Below, in pieces: positions 41,804 through 56,929 of a stretch of DNA of 64,000 nucleotides. The stretch lies in assembly GCF_009914755.1 (NCBI RefSeq), contig NC_060935.1; one strand, given 5' to 3'. The stretch is from the human T2T-CHM13v2.0 reference genome, Homo sapiens. The translations under genes and the position numbers were made by a program. The notes below the pieces were generated by a model. It had not been told where the DNA came from and did not search any database. It worked only from the letters and a program-made list of their open reading frames with translations. Position 1 is the first letter of the stretch. Every line of letters starts with the position of its first letter.

Positions 41804-43515
41804 CTAACTTATCTTTATTAATACAGAAATGTAGCCCTCAGTATAGCTAATAAATACTCAAGGCTGTACATCATTGACCCATCTTTAACTCAATACAGTT
41901 ACTACAGCTTCCATGCAGATATTATCTCAAAATATTATGCTATATCATACTGACTTAAGTCATAAAGCCAAATCTTTCTTTCTCTGAACTCCCTTATGTG
42001 CCTCTTCATTATTCAGAACATCCTGGACTGCCTATGAACTGAACTGGGAATTACCTCTTATAAAACACTAAAACCCCATGGAAGTATACCCAAAAAATAA
42101 GGAAACCTGTAAAACCTATTCCAAATGTTTTCATTGTCAGGAACTCACATCTTTTTTAGCTCATTAGAATCTCTGGTAATTATAACATATAGTAACTTTT
42201 AGTTATATTATCACTAATTCACAGATCTGCAGTTTTCTTTCTAACCCTTCTGCATTCTTCAGATTCAGAGTTATTCAGATAAAATGATGGCAATGTATTT
42301 CAAAATAATTTTAAAAATTAACTTCTACATTTATGCAATTGGTATTTCAAATATCACACGTGGAATACATTTTTAAACAGAAAAAAATAATATTAATGTC
42401 ATTATCCTTTTCTCCTATTTAGCACCCTAAGAGTGTTATTTAAGAAACACATGCCACAATATGATTCAAATACTTTAAATAATAAAAATGTTAAAAACAT
42501 GTGGTGAGGTTTCTTTGTAATGAAAAAACAAACAAACACACTCACATGGCAAAAAGAATTATGTGCTTGTGATAAATTTATCCACTCTATTCTTAGGCAA
42601 TGTTCTATACTCCATAAAATCCAAGAAACAATAAAATAAAATTGTGTTTGAAAGCCAGACAAATACTTAAATAGGAAAGAGCAGGTTGGTTTTTATTCCT
42701 TTCATATTCACATTCTCTCTTTCCCATCTCACTCTTCAAACTTCTCTCCATGATCATTTTTGTTATTATTGACATTTCTATATTTTCTAACACTGTTTTA
42801 AAAAAAGAAGACAACTACAGTCCAAATTCATAAAATGAAAGTCAAACTTGATGCAACACTATGCCTATTAGCAACTTTTAAGAATGGAACTTCAAAATGA
42901 AGCAACATCTAACAAAAAAAAATTACTGCTGCCATTGGGTGTTATATAAAAAAATAGGTATAAATTCCAACAACTCATGTGAAAAAAAGAAGCCTCAGAA
43001 GTTTACTATTATTAACTAACACTTCAAAGCTTTTTCAAACTTTCTAGCCCACACCAATTAATTTGCCACCCAACGCATTCATACAAAAGTTATACATATT
43101 ATTAAACAGAATAATGACATCTTCTCATCACACCTAATCTCTCCAGTTGAAATCAGATTTTTTGCATCACTGAACCAGAGAGATTGTTACAACTGAAATG
43201 AAAGTGAGGCCTAGAGAGTTTAAACAATTTGTTCAAGTTCAAGTAATTAGTTACAAATTAGTAGCAGAGTTAAAATTAGAACCCAGTTCTCCAAACTCCA
43301 AAACACCAATCCAGATCTTGAAACTTCAAAGCACTAAGTGTTGTACAGAAAAGAAAAAAAAAAAAGAGAAGAAATTGTCCTGGTCCTAAAGAATTCACTA
43401 AAACTCTAAAGTTGCATATTTCTGTGGTGAATATTATTTGGTGACAGTAATGGATGCAATTGAAAAGCTAAGGCAAACACATTTTTTTAAAGATTTGACT
43501 AATCCCAAATAATTT

Positions 43516-44045
43516 AAAGAGCTAATGCACACCCAGCAATCCCAAAGGAATATAAATCCTTCTGCTATGAAGACACATACACACGTATGTTTATTGCAGC
43601 ACTATTCACAATAGCAGACTTGGAACCAACCCAAATGCCCATCAATGATAGTCTCGATAAAGAAAATGTGGCACATATACACCATGGAATACTATGCAGC
43701 CATAAAAAAGGATGAGTTCATGTCCTTTGAAAGAACATGGATGAAGCTGGAAACCATCATTCTCAGCAAACACAGGGACAGAAAATCAAACACCGCATGT
43801 TCTCACTCATAAGTGGGAGTTGAACAATGAGAACACATGGACACAGGGAGGGAAACATCACACAATGGGGCCTGTCAGGGAGTTGGGGGCTAGGGGAGGG
43901 ATAACATTAGGAGAAATACCTAATGTAAATGACAGGTTGATGGGTGCAGCAAACCACCATGGCATGTGTATACCTATGTAACAAACCTGCACATTCTGCA
44001 CATGTATCCCAGAACTTAAAGTATAATGATAATAATAATTAAAAC
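43516..44045 (+). mobile_element. 5'-truncated L1PA (ORF2 end plus 3'UTR)
   Basis: AAAATGTGGCACATATACACCATGGAATACTATGCAGCCATAAAAAAGGATGAGTTCATGTCC..CCAGAACTTAAAGTATAAT. Possible degenerate TSD at 43493-43515 / 44047-44069. Confidence 0.95.
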
Positions 44046-46789
44046 AATTTGGTTAATTCCAAATAATTTCTGTAAACATGTGGCATACCTAATGTGATTT
44101 CTTTTCTTCCTGGATTTATACCTTCTAAATTAGATTGGCTTAAGGTCAATATTAAAATAAACTTGCATCCCAAAACACTAGCAAGGAGTGGGAGTAGAGA
44201 TGATAGTGGAAATAGAGAGAGAGAGGCATCCAGAATAAAAAGATGCTAGCTGCCAAAGGAAAGTGATCCTAGAATTAGAAAATGGTTGTACTCAATCCTC
44301 AAGACATAATCCATGCATGTTTGATAGAGTTAGCTATAATTATAAGTGAAATCCTTTGCCGACTTCCTCTACACTCCTGCCTTTTAATGGCTAAAGCCTA
44401 CTTTCAGAAGATGGGTACCAGGAATACAGGAAGAGGAAGCATATGCAAATTGAGTTTTAAAATCATAGCACTCTTGCTGATAGTAAGAATTTCACATGAT
44501 CTCTATAAGGTTAAAGTAAGAAAATGAGGAAAGAATTCCTCATGGTCATCACTGAAACTCATGACTACATTCTGCAGACCCAGGACAGATCAACTTAAAT
44601 TTCCCCCAGGCAACTGTTAAAAATGGGGAAAACCTACTGCACTATAGATAGAACATTTAGACTTCAGAACTGACAAGCGTATATTTTTAAGGACTCACTA
44701 AATTTAAGAGAAGAGAAGGGAGATAAGGGAAGGGAAAGGAGAGAATTGGGGTGACAGGGAATATATGAAGTAGAAGAGAAGGAAAAAGAAAATAAAAAAA
44801 AGAAAGACGGGAATATTAAGGAGTGCTATCTCAAGAAATGAAAACCTCATAAAGCAACCTACAAAGGAATTCTTTTATTTAAAAAAAAAAAGTCAAGTTG
44901 TTAGTTACAGAGTTATTGAAGATGTTGGCATTTGTTTCCCAACAAGGAGGATTTCAATTTTAAAATATAGTGATAAAAACTATATCATCAGGATTCAGCC
45001 TTATTCTCTTTCAGTAGTATATATACTGCATCAAGAGAAGGAAAAAGAGGAAGACTGAAAAGTGATTAAGTAGATAAATAAAAACTGCAGGAACCAGGGT
45101 AAAGCCGTTTACCTGTTAGCTTCTTACTGTACAACTACTCAAAACTGTAATGTTAGTTTTCCTTGTTTATATCTCAGTTCCCAGATATGCAAGGACAAAA
45201 ATTAATAAATATGAATTTTCTCCTCCACCAGAAATTGCCACTTTAAGCCAGTTAATAATAGGAGGAGTGAGGTTGTTCATGCTAGGTACCACTGAAAATA
45301 TTTTGTCACAAAAAGAACTAAAATCAAATAGACATAGAAACTACATAGGCAACCAACATTTGTTTTTATCAGAAGAGGGGAACAAGTGATTTCACTGTAC
45401 AAAAAAAGAAAAACAATTTAAGATGGAAAAAAACATCCACTTGAAGACATTATTCTAAAGTAATATTTATTGTTTTCTTTTCATTGTTATTATTATCTGG
45501 TTCCTGCACATGTGACTCTGCCCAAGCATGGAGAATAACATTTCCATTGATTGTGTTAATATCTATAGCAGAAGAGTCAGGATTTTACTAGAAATTCAAC
45601 AATTTCGATGTATCTTTTACCTCCTCCATACCCAGAAAATATAAACAAGCATTTAAAAAGTAAAAATGTTTCTTTTGCCATGAGATATTAATTTCGAACT
45701 CATTAGAAATTGGAACTGCATCTTACCATGAGGAGACAAATAAGCTGATCAAAACACTACGGTTTCAAACTGTTGGGCGGAGCATAAATTGGTGCATGCT
45801 TTCAGGAAGGCAACTTGGCAAAGTGTATCAAAACCAGTAAAAATTATCTTCGAACTAGCTATCTAGGAATTTACTCCACAGATGTCATCATAATAATGTT
45901 CAAAAATTTATATGTTAAATATGTTCATTAAAGTATTACTCATGATAGAGAAAACATCAAAACAACCTAAATGTTCAACAGTTAGTAAGTACTAAAACAT
46001 TTAACATTTATTCAACAAACATGTACTGAGGCCTACTATGTGCTAGGTATTGTGGATTCGTTAAATTAAAAATGTGTCCTTAAAGTAAAATACAATGCAT
46101 CCTGAGATTTTGTCATAACATCCCAAATTGTTTTACAAATTTAGTATAATTCTATTAAAATCACAGAGATTTGGAAGTGGGGGTAGGGGGAAAGACTTGA
46201 TAAAATGACTCAAAAGTTCATGTGGAAAAACAAATACTCAAGAATAACCAAGATAATTTTAAATGAGAATAATTCAATTAAAAAGCACATAAAATATGAA
46301 TAATTAAAATTTGCCAAATGAATAGGCAGATCAATTAAAGAAGCTAAAAAATAGACCCAAATATCCCTATAATGAAAATCATAGTGTTTAAAAGATGAAT
46401 GATATGACTAACATTGTTGGCATAATTGGTTCTTCATATCTTAATTGCATATCACACAACAAAATAAATTCTAGATAGATTAGGAAAATTAAAGGTAAAA
46501 AAATAACATTATAATAAAATATATGTGACCACTTACATAATGTTAGATAGGAAAGACATTTCTAAAAATGGTTCTAAAGGCAGAAATCAAAAATAAAACT
46601 TTAGATTTCATGAGAGAGATTTGATTTTCTAAAAATTTTAATTAGACAAAATGACAAAATTTAAAAAAGTCTAAATCATATATGACAAAGGGTTACTATT
46701 TTAGCATATAAAGACCTCTTATAAATCAATAAGAATTAATTACCCATTAGAATAATGTACAATACTTTGTGATAGGCTATTCTAAATTT

Positions 46790-46995
46790 TTTTTATATAT
46801 ATTCATGAATTTCATCCTTGCAACAGATCTATGACATAAGTAATATTATTATTCCCACTTTACATATAAGGAAACTGAGACACTGAGAAATTAAGCAAAT
46901 GCTCAAGTTTACAGAGCTGTTGAGTAATGATGACAGCCAAGATTCAAACCCTGTCATCAACAATCTGACTCCAAAATCTATACTACCTCTCAAAG
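46790..46995 (-). mobile_element. MIR
   Basis: ATTCCCACTTTACATATAAGGAAACTGAGACACTGAGAAATTAAG..GATTCAAACCC..TCTGACTCCAAAA. Confidence 0.85.
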
Positions 46996-47021
46996 GTTAT
47001 GAGTAAGAAATTTATTTTTCA

Positions 47022-47360
<339 letters not shown>

Positions 47361-50300
47361 TCACTACTAATGAAAGAAATGCAAATTATACTAAAAATAA
47401 GATGCCATTTTCTAGTTGTCATATTGACAATGGTTAAAAAAATAATAATAATGTGTCAGAGTGGATGAGGAAAAATGAGTACTCTTATACACTGTTGACA
47501 AGAGTAAACTAGTCAACTTTCCTGGGGGGCATTTTGGCAATAGGAATCAAATTCCTTTAAAAAGGGATTACCCAACAATCCATTTTTAAGAATTTAAACT
47601 AAAGAAATAATTACAGATGTGTGCAAAGATTTAGCTACAGATGAGTTTACTGCAATATTGTTAATAATAATGGAGAATCAAAAACAACCTTACCTATAGA
47701 TGATCAGCTAAGCTATGAAATGGCCACAATAGAATAGTCTGCAACCATTAAAATTAATAATGTAAAACAACAGGTGGTATCATAGAAACTGTAAATGATA
47801 TACCATTAAATTAAAAAGTAGATTATAATATAATATAAATATTTGATACCATATGATCTCATTTTTGTTTAAATATACATATATGCATATTAGATAGATA
47901 GGCACAGACATAAAATCTTCAATACAAAAAGTGTATATACCTTAATATAAAGTGAAAAGGTTTTTTTCTTTATTTTTATATGTATTGCCTAAATTTCTTC
48001 TATATAATATCTGTTACTTTTATAGTAAACAAAAAGTTCATTTTAAAAAGAAAAGGTAGGTAGGAGAAGAGAATCTGATGCCATAGGGAAATGCTCACAT
48101 GTTAACTTTTTAAGAGTAGCTTGCAAAACAGCATGTGCAATAAGATCCCATCTTTCCTTTAAAAAATATGTGTATCTAAACAGAAAAACGTCAAGGATAT
48201 AATCAGTATAAACATTCTGAGGTATCCCTAAATGTCATTACAGAGCTTTTATAATTTCTTTTTCATATTTTCTGACTTTTTCCAATAACCATAGTTTGGT
48301 TTTTTAATCAGAAAAAAAAGTAATAAGAAAGACCATATTTACTCTTTTATCTAAATCCATTCTACCAACCAATTGTTTAACAAGTCCATAATTATGGCTA
48401 AATGCAAAAAAAACAACATAATAACTTCTTACTGCCAAAACAGGCACAAATAAGTATGATAGTTTTTCTAAAAAAAGCAAATCTCATAAACTTATTGGTG
48501 TATTCTATCCAACCAATCATAAATTTAATTTAATGATGAAACCACTTACATGTCAACTATATCAAGTTGCAAATGAGACATAAAAAGCAATCAAGCAAAT
48601 CACCTCTATATGTGTCCATCTACTAATAGATAGGTAGATATAGCAAAATAAGACAATTGTGAAATAATTAAACAGATGATAAAAATAACATACTGACACT
48701 GGTCATCAATATAGCAAGACAAAAAATAAATGAACAGGAATCAATTAATTGGCAGTGTGGCATTGCCAAAAGTCCCGGCCCTGATTTCTAAACATATGAT
48801 CTTGAGCAAGCCAAATAATCTCTCCAAGTTTTAGATTCCTTGTCTTTAAACTTACAGTAAAAAAAATAGATTCTTTAGCTTTATAATTATAGAAAAAATT
48901 GATACAAATGTAAAGAATTTCCATATGACTAAGCTAACATAAACCCTACAATACCTCCAAAATTAGTACTTACTTAATTAAACACAGATGAAGATGGTAA
49001 TACCATGAGACAAAAAGAATTTTAGAAAGAAAGAAGAAAAATGAGAAGAGAGAAAAGAGCTGACATCCTTGATAGTGAAGAATTTCTGCAATAGGGTATC
49101 AAGGCTCAGGAAAACTCAGTAGCTTTTTCTTATTCCAGAAAAAGAACTGGGGACCAAATTTCTACATTTTGGCTGCTAGCCTCAAGCCTAACTAATCACC
49201 CAGTTGCACTTCTGCACATGGAAAAGCTGATAGAGCATCAACAAATTCTTTATCAAAATAAACACTTTGTAACACTGAGAAAATTAAAAGTGTTGTAATC
49301 TATAAATGGCTCAGCCTGTTCTGTTAAAACTTTATCCCAATTGGACACTATGCTTAAAATATGTTCAATTTTTTTTTCTTTACCTCTGCTGCAATTTTTT
49401 AAGTCACATATATTTTCTTCCATCTCTAGAAAGTAAGTTTGTTTTTATAATTTTCCAGATTATATTTATATACATTCTTCATGAAAATATGCATAATATA
49501 GTCAGTTTCATTCTTTTTCTCTCCAAAAGAGAAAACATGCTTGAAACCTTTTCTTTTTCAGTACAAAATTCTAGTCTCACACATCATCTTTCACCGACTT
49601 CCATATCTAAAATTTCTTCTTATTCCCCCACTCCCTCCCAAAACCCAAACATACACACACATACACACACAGGCAGAGGCACAATGAACACAATACCAAA
49701 GTTTTAAAAATAAATGTTTAGACATAAAAACACCTGAGGGTGACACTAAGTTGTAAGCTATTTCTAAAACAATTTGTTAAGGTAGTGGGGAAAAAAAACA
49801 CACACATACAATAGATGTTCTAATCAAAGTCTGGTAATTTTTCTAAGTGAATGTTATTAACCAGAATAATAAACCACCATTAAAATAGGCCATTTCTTAC
49901 GTTTAATCATTATAAAAGAGGAGTAAAAGTCTTAAAAAGCAAAGTTTTTGCTTATCAAAATGTTATTTTTACTTTAATTATTAAAGGTTCTCTGGATATC
50001 ACAGGGTTGCTTCTCTCCCAACCATCATCAAAACATTCAGAAAATACCTTTGTCAAATACGGTGTCACTTAGCTTGTAAATAACAACATACTTGGCATCT
50101 GTACACATAAAGAACAGCCTAAATGTTTAATCAAATACCTCGACTTCAGGAATTAACTTCTTGCCTTTGTCCTTTGGTGGCCACGATATCTTCATTGGAA
50201 GCGTCTATTGCTGTCATTATTTCTAATTGAAATCATCCTCTACCTCCACACCCTTCCACGAAGGAAACATGGCTTTTATCTTTGTCTTGCACATGCACAC

Positions 50301-51257
50301 AACAGAGGGAGGGAGAATAATTTGCTATTTGCACTTTCAATAATAAAATAGCAAATTAATAAGGAGTGCTCTCTATTATAGGATACCAAGCAAGTTCAAC
50401 ACTCAATTCAGCTGTTGAAAAGAACTGCACTGTAATGCTTTTACCTAATATAGTATCATATTTTCAAAAGGCAGAGGAAATCTCTCAACTTGGGGGAAAA
50501 TTATCTAAAGGTAAAGAGATGCTATATTTAATTCCTCACTTGAAGCTTGTGTCTATTCTGAATAAAATACTCCAATTTTAGGTGTTTCTGTGCTTAGATC
50601 TAAGAAATGGACCTAAAATGAAGTTAGAGAGTTCAATGTGGAATCATTGTCAACTCCAGGGTAGTTGTACTAGTTGTACTAGTAATGGCAGAGTCAGGAT
50701 TTTAACCTAGGCAGACTAGCTAAAGACCAAGCTCTTAACCGCAACTTAATCTCTTAAGCACCATTAAAAACAAAACAAACAAAAAAAAAACTAATTAAAA
50801 CTTTTTGCTCCCTTTTCATGGATAATTTGAAGTATACATTGAGATTAAATCCTGTTTTCCTGAGAAATGTAGCTATACAATGGTGTATTAGCTTCTGTGT
50901 AAGTATCTTTTGATATAGGAAATTTAGCAAAGAATGCACTCACGATTCCATGAGTCATGAAATAGAGACTTCTGTAACAATAATAAGAATTGCTCTTTCC
51001 TTCATAAAATGTTTAAAGTTCATTCTTTTAGGATTAATTCAGCATAAATATTGAGTTCCTTAGACTCTTCCACACTTATGTCACTACATTGCTCCATAGA
51101 TTCCTTATACAGCAACATCCCTATAACAGAGCAATAAGAAGAAAGAGAAAGGCAGCAAAATCCAAAACAGATGTCTCAAGGAAATACATTAAAGCTTATT
51201 TAGTTTTCTTAAAGGAGAATTCCTCAGCTCAGAATCTATTTACTCTTACTTAAGCAT

Positions 51258-51615
51258 AACTGTAGCATAATTTTAATTATATGAGGAGCACACCTAGGTT
51301 CAAATCCTGCTTCCACCACTTACCAATAATATAATCTTGGGCAAGTTGCTCAACTTCTCTGAGTCCAGGTATCTTTATCTGTACAATAGTTCAACTTGCT
51401 GGAGTGTTGCAGGAATAAGCCCAATAGATACATGTAATGTTCTTAGCACAGTGCCTAGCATATACTAAGTGCTCAATAAATGGATCTTTAATACCCTTAA
51501 AATATGAACTAATAACAATTCAAGGAGTTATTTTGAGAATTAAATGGCATCACATGTAAAAGCACCTACATTAGTGCTGTACAACAAAAGAGAAGCCTAT
51601 AAAATGTTAGTTTTC
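51258..51615 (+). mobile_element. MIR (near full length to ~51485) plus a second MIR 3' end
   Basis: CCTAGGTTCAAATCCTGCTTCCACCACTTAC..TTGGGCAAGTTGCTCAACTTCTCTGAG..CTTAGCACAGTGCCTAGCATATACTAAGTGCTCAATAAAT. Confidence 0.85.
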
Positions 51616-54224
51616 CCTCTTTTCTTATCTAATTTAACAGCCCATAGCCAAATAGAAGTAGCAGCTAATAAAAGAGTATGGGAGGAGGACTGATATTGCT
51701 AAAGGCAAAAACACTAATTACAGAGAAATGACAACTTCAAGTCTGAAAAAGGCAAAGATAGGAAACCAAAAATGCAGACACAAGAACTCAAAAAAACCCC
51801 AGCAATTTGGAGACCACTCAATGTAGAGATAAATAGCCTTAACAGACACTCAACTCAGGGAACAGCTCAGGAATCAGATGTTTGTAGTGATAGATGAGCC
51901 ATTGAGAAACGTTGTTAAAAAAGTAAATTTAAAAATCAGAAGATAAAACTATGATATAACCTCACCCTCATATATATTATACCAAAATATTAACAGGAAC
52001 TATCTCTGAAAATGAAATATAGGTTATTTTAATTATCTTCTTTAACCTTTCTATTTTTTCTAAACAAGAAACTGTTTAGGAATCAGAATATATAGTTAAA
52101 ATGTAAAAATAATGTTGGCACTTAAGGAGGAAGTCTTTAGAAACCTAAGAAATACATAAATGTGCAATAATAGATTAACTCATTCTATACTGAGTTCCCT
52201 GTTCAAATCACCTCCATGACATCCTAGAAGAATAAAGGTATTAAAATAATATAACATAAGAGAAAAATTTGATTAGTTGTTGCACAATAAACTCACGTGA
52301 AAAAGAAAAAATGCTAAAAGTAGATTCATCTTAAAGATACTATTTTAAATAGCAGTCAGTATCAACACAAAGCTTATAACAAAAACCACATATGATTACC
52401 TCTGTCTTTGCTTGCAACAATTCTGACACACCCTCAATTTTAGAGTAAAAAAAAATGTTTAAACAACTCTAGGAAAACATAGAAATGAACTGATAAAATT
52501 GAGAAATTTCAAAAAGCATAGTCATAAGGGAAATGCACCTTTTTACATTCTAAAATAGAAATAAAAATGCTTTTGGCAAATTTAGCTATTACCATGTAAT
52601 CACTGACATTGAACAACGGGAAAAAAAGAATGGCAGCATAGAAAGCAAATTAAATATCAGAAAAGAACATACTGCTTTTTATTTCTTTCTGACCTGTAGT
52701 ATCTATCTCTCTTTGGAATTGTCCCACTGAAGACCATGTACAATTAATAGAGAAAATGCCAGAGAGCTATACAGCAGATCCTAGAGGACTTTTTCATCTG
52801 GAAAAAGGGCATCTTTCCAGAAATAGAAATCATTTTCCTGTTTCTTCATTAATCAGAGCTCCAATTTTAAAAGAGTGAAAAGCAGAATAAAAAGGCACAA
52901 AGTACTAACTAGGACATTGTAAACTCTCAATTACTTCAAGTACTGTTGTTATTATTATCAGAAGTAATAGTACAGGGCTAGTACAGATTTGAGATGAACT
53001 AAATGAAACAGTCACACAGTTAATCTGTGGCAGAATCATAACTAGAATTCAGATTATGTGCTTCCCTGATCCCAATTAATATTCAGTTCACCTTTTCTAT
53101 AATTTCCCCCAAAAGTTGACATTTCCAGGTCTAATTGTCACTTTAGCTGACTCAGCTGTGACTATTTCATTTCTTTTCTTGGATTCTGATTGTCAGTGGG
53201 TTAAAAGCAACATATAACATTTTTAATATCAGAGGCATCTATATTTTATAATAAAAAGAGGGTAAGTTTAAATCATGCCTGTAAAATGTTTATTGAAGTG
53301 CATTTTATCCTTGGGAAATAAACAAAAATGCTCTTGAGGTATGCTTAATCTCAGTAGTGTCATTATTTTCATGTCTTATTTCCATCACTTAAAAGAAAAA
53401 CTTTTCAGTAAACAGAAAAGAAAAAATTTTAAAAAATCTTTTCTTTATTATTATGTTGGGAGCATATTTTAATCCATTTTAAATTGGATACACCCAAGTC
53501 TTAGAAATGCAAACTCCTGTGATCACAAGAGACGCTAAGCTTTTCATGATGCTTAAAAGGAAAGAAGGGCATAATAAATATGTTTTTGGTTCTGATTCAT
53601 ATTTTGCTCTTTTGAATTAATTAATGCTGTGGAAATCCCAGGCAACTGCCACATCATTTGTGACTGAATTGAGTCCAAAGGAGAAAAATATGTAAAACAT
53701 TATTTAATTAAAATTTTGCATTTTTTTTCTCTCACAGTTCCTTTCCCACTAGCTAATAGTCATTCAAACTAAGAGGATAGTTTCATGTTTGTTGCTGTTG
53801 AATTGCCTTGGGCCACATTAACATGTTCAGAGGTCTGTGGTATCTGGAGCCATATTGTTCTCTGGGGCCAGCCCCTTGAGTATGGCTCTCAAGCTCCCCC
53901 AGCCTTATTTCAAAGCTGTCTTTGGCAAAATGTAATGCTCATAGGGAGACTCTGCTTGTATTGGTATGCATATGGCCCTTGAGGAATATTAGCAGAGTTG
54001 TTGTTTTTTGTTGTTGTTCTTATACATGTGGTTTTGCATTTAGCTTGGAAAGTGGGATAATAATGAGAATTGAAGGAGAAATCTATTCAACTTCAATAAT
54101 TTTACCTTAATGCAGGAAACACAAAACAAAGAGAAGTTTACTTTCCTGATTCTAAGTTGAGAATATCACATTGGAAAAACCTTTTTTGCGGGGGGCAGGT
54201 GGGGGGTGGAGTAACTGAGTCATG

Positions 54225-54772
54225 GCCCTGAAACATAAAATCTAATCATGTCAATATCCTACTTAAAACCCTTCATTATTTCCCCATAACCTACAAGATA
54301 CAGATTCCTGCATATAGATACAACACTCATTAATAAGCTGATTCCACATTATCTTTCTATTCCTATTTCCTGACACATATACACACACTTAGCAACATAA
54401 GACCTGATCTTCTCTAACTGTTCTCTGTTGAATGTTCTCTAAATCATCTTCCCTGATATCTGTTCTTAGAGCTTGCAAGCTTCTTTTCTATTTATGGCCC
54501 TCATAAATACTGTTCCCTCTTCTGTCTCCTCTTCACCAAACTATATCCTACTTACAATTTATGTCTCAGCTTTAATACCACTAATGTATAGTCACCATCC
54601 TTGATCCCAAACCGAATTAGGTCTCCCTTTTCCTTCATAGTATTTATTATCCTACAATTAAATATTTATTTAATGCCTTCCTCTTATTTGGAGTGTAAAC
54701 TAGAGAAAGGTACGACATACATTTTAGTTCACCACTGTATTCCTGGCCCATATATACTTGGTACTCAATGGA
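54225..54772 (+). mobile_element. LINE-2 3' fragment
   Basis: AAAATCTAATCATGTCAATATCCTACTTAAAACCCTTCA..GTTCACCACTGTATTCC..GGTACTCAAT. Confidence 0.75.
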
Positions 54773-54962
54773 TTTAGGAGATTCTCTCATTATCCAAATA
54801 TTCATTATGTGAGTCACTAAAATTATACAAAAGGTAAAAGGCGTTCATTAATAAACTTACCATTTGTAAAATTAGTCTTCACATAAACATCCCTCACAGA
54901 TTAACTTAACATGTATCTCACACATGTGGGTTAATGTCCTCGTATCTTTGATCATCATTGCT

Positions 54963-55141
54963 CAGTGGTTTCAAACTTGTCAGCACATTGAAGTCACATG
55001 GAGACCTGTAAAAACTATTGATGCCTGGGTCCCACTTCAAAAGACTGATTTAACTGATTGAAGTGTAACCTAAGCAAAAGAATACTTTTTAAAATGCCAT
55101 ATACCTGTAATTTTTTTTTCAGTCAAGTTTGAGCATCAGGC
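54963..55141. mobile_element. MER5-family (hAT-Charlie) element
   Basis: CAGTGGTTTCAAACTTG.CAGCACATTGAAGTCACATGGAGA..GATGCCTGGGTCCCAC..CAAGTTTGAG. Confidence 0.7.
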
Positions 55142-56929
55142 TAGTCAATTACCAGATATTGCATTGTGGCATTGAAACCACTATTCAAAATAAAAATGTA
55201 AGGTGACTGCAAAGCAAAATCACAAATCTTGCAAAAGATGCAAGATTTCATGAAGCAAAGAAATATAGTGTCAGTGAACAGCTCAAACCATTGAAAAATC
55301 AACAATTTACAGTTAGAATAAGATAAAAGCTGAAGAACCAGATAGTGGCAAGCATGATAGTCAATATGGTAGATTATTCATAAAAGAATTATTTGAATAT
55401 AAAAAGATTAAGCAAAGTCCTTAGAAAATTTTCTTTACAAAAATGGCCTTTGTTATGACAGATGGTACTAGAGTGTGAAAATTGATTTTGCTTTCATAAT
55501 ATTTGACCTGAAAAATTACTCTTAAAAAATGATCACTCTTCTAAGAATTAATGCACAGTTAGAATTATAAATGAATGCTGCCAATATATAAACTTATTTT
55601 TACTAATTTTAATTTTAATTTGTAAAAGTTGACTCAAAATGAAATCATTTTTCCCATTGTTTACTATGCAATTTTGATCCCCACCTACTTAATATATTAA
55701 AATACAAAAGAAATCATCCTTGTATCACATGACTTTGGCAAAGATACAATCCTACTTTTTACCTCTTATATTATTATACTATTTGCTTTCTTGTCTTGCC
55801 TCATTCTAATGGTTGGACCTTAAATACAATGTCAAGTAGGATGAATGAGCATGGACAGTATCTTGTTTCCTATCTTGGGAAGAAAGCATTCACTATTTCA
55901 CCATCAAATATGATGTTAGTTGTAGGTTTTTCCTAGCCATCCTTTTCAGATAAAAATAGTTTTATTATATTCCTAGATTGCTGGGAGTTTTTTAATTATT
56001 AATGGGTGTGGTCAACTGTTTTTTCTGCATCTATTGAAATGATCATATGATTTCTCATTTACTCTGTTAATACAGTGACATTTTCCAAATGTTAAACCAA
56101 TCTTGTATTTCTGGACTAAACCCTACTTGGTCGTGATATTTCATCCTTTTCCTACATTGCTGGATTTGCTGTTGTTTTGTTAAAGATTTTTGCATCTATG
56201 ACCATGAAGGATATTGGTCTATAATTTTTCTTTCTTATAATTTTTTCAGGTTTGGTGTTAGGGTTATGCTGGCCTCATAAAATGAGGTAGAAATTGTTCT
56301 ATTTTTTGAAAGAGTTTATGTAAGAGTGATGTTATTTCTTAAATATTTGATAGAATCCACAAGTGAAATCATTTGGGCCTGGAGTTTCCTTTATAGAAAT
56401 TTTTATTTTCTTAATGAACAAATTCAGTTTCTTATCTTGTGTCAGTTTTAGTAAGTTTTTTTCTAAGAAATTTGTTTGTTTCATCTTAGTTGTATAACTT
56501 TTTGGCATACAGATATTCATAATATTTTCTTATTGTCTGTTTAATACCTGTAAGATTTATAGTGATAATTCCTCTTTCATTCCTGATATTGGTAAGTTGT
56601 GTTTCTTTTTTTCTTGGTCTTTACAAAAGAAAAACAATTTTTGCCTGTACATTTTTCTTGTTTCCAGCAATTTGACTATGAGGTGCCTAGATGTACTTTT
56701 CTTTGCATTTATCTTGCTTGGAGTTTGCTGAACTTCTTACGACTGTACATTTATATCTTTCGCCAAATTTGGGAAATTGATGGCATTATTTCTTCAATTT
56801 TTTTCCCTGCCCCAACATCATTCCCTTTTATTTTCTGGGACTCATGTATGTTAGACCTTTTAATATTGTCATATATCCCTAATGCTATATTCATCTTCTT
56901 TTCTTTTCCAATTTTTTCTCTGTTGTTTT

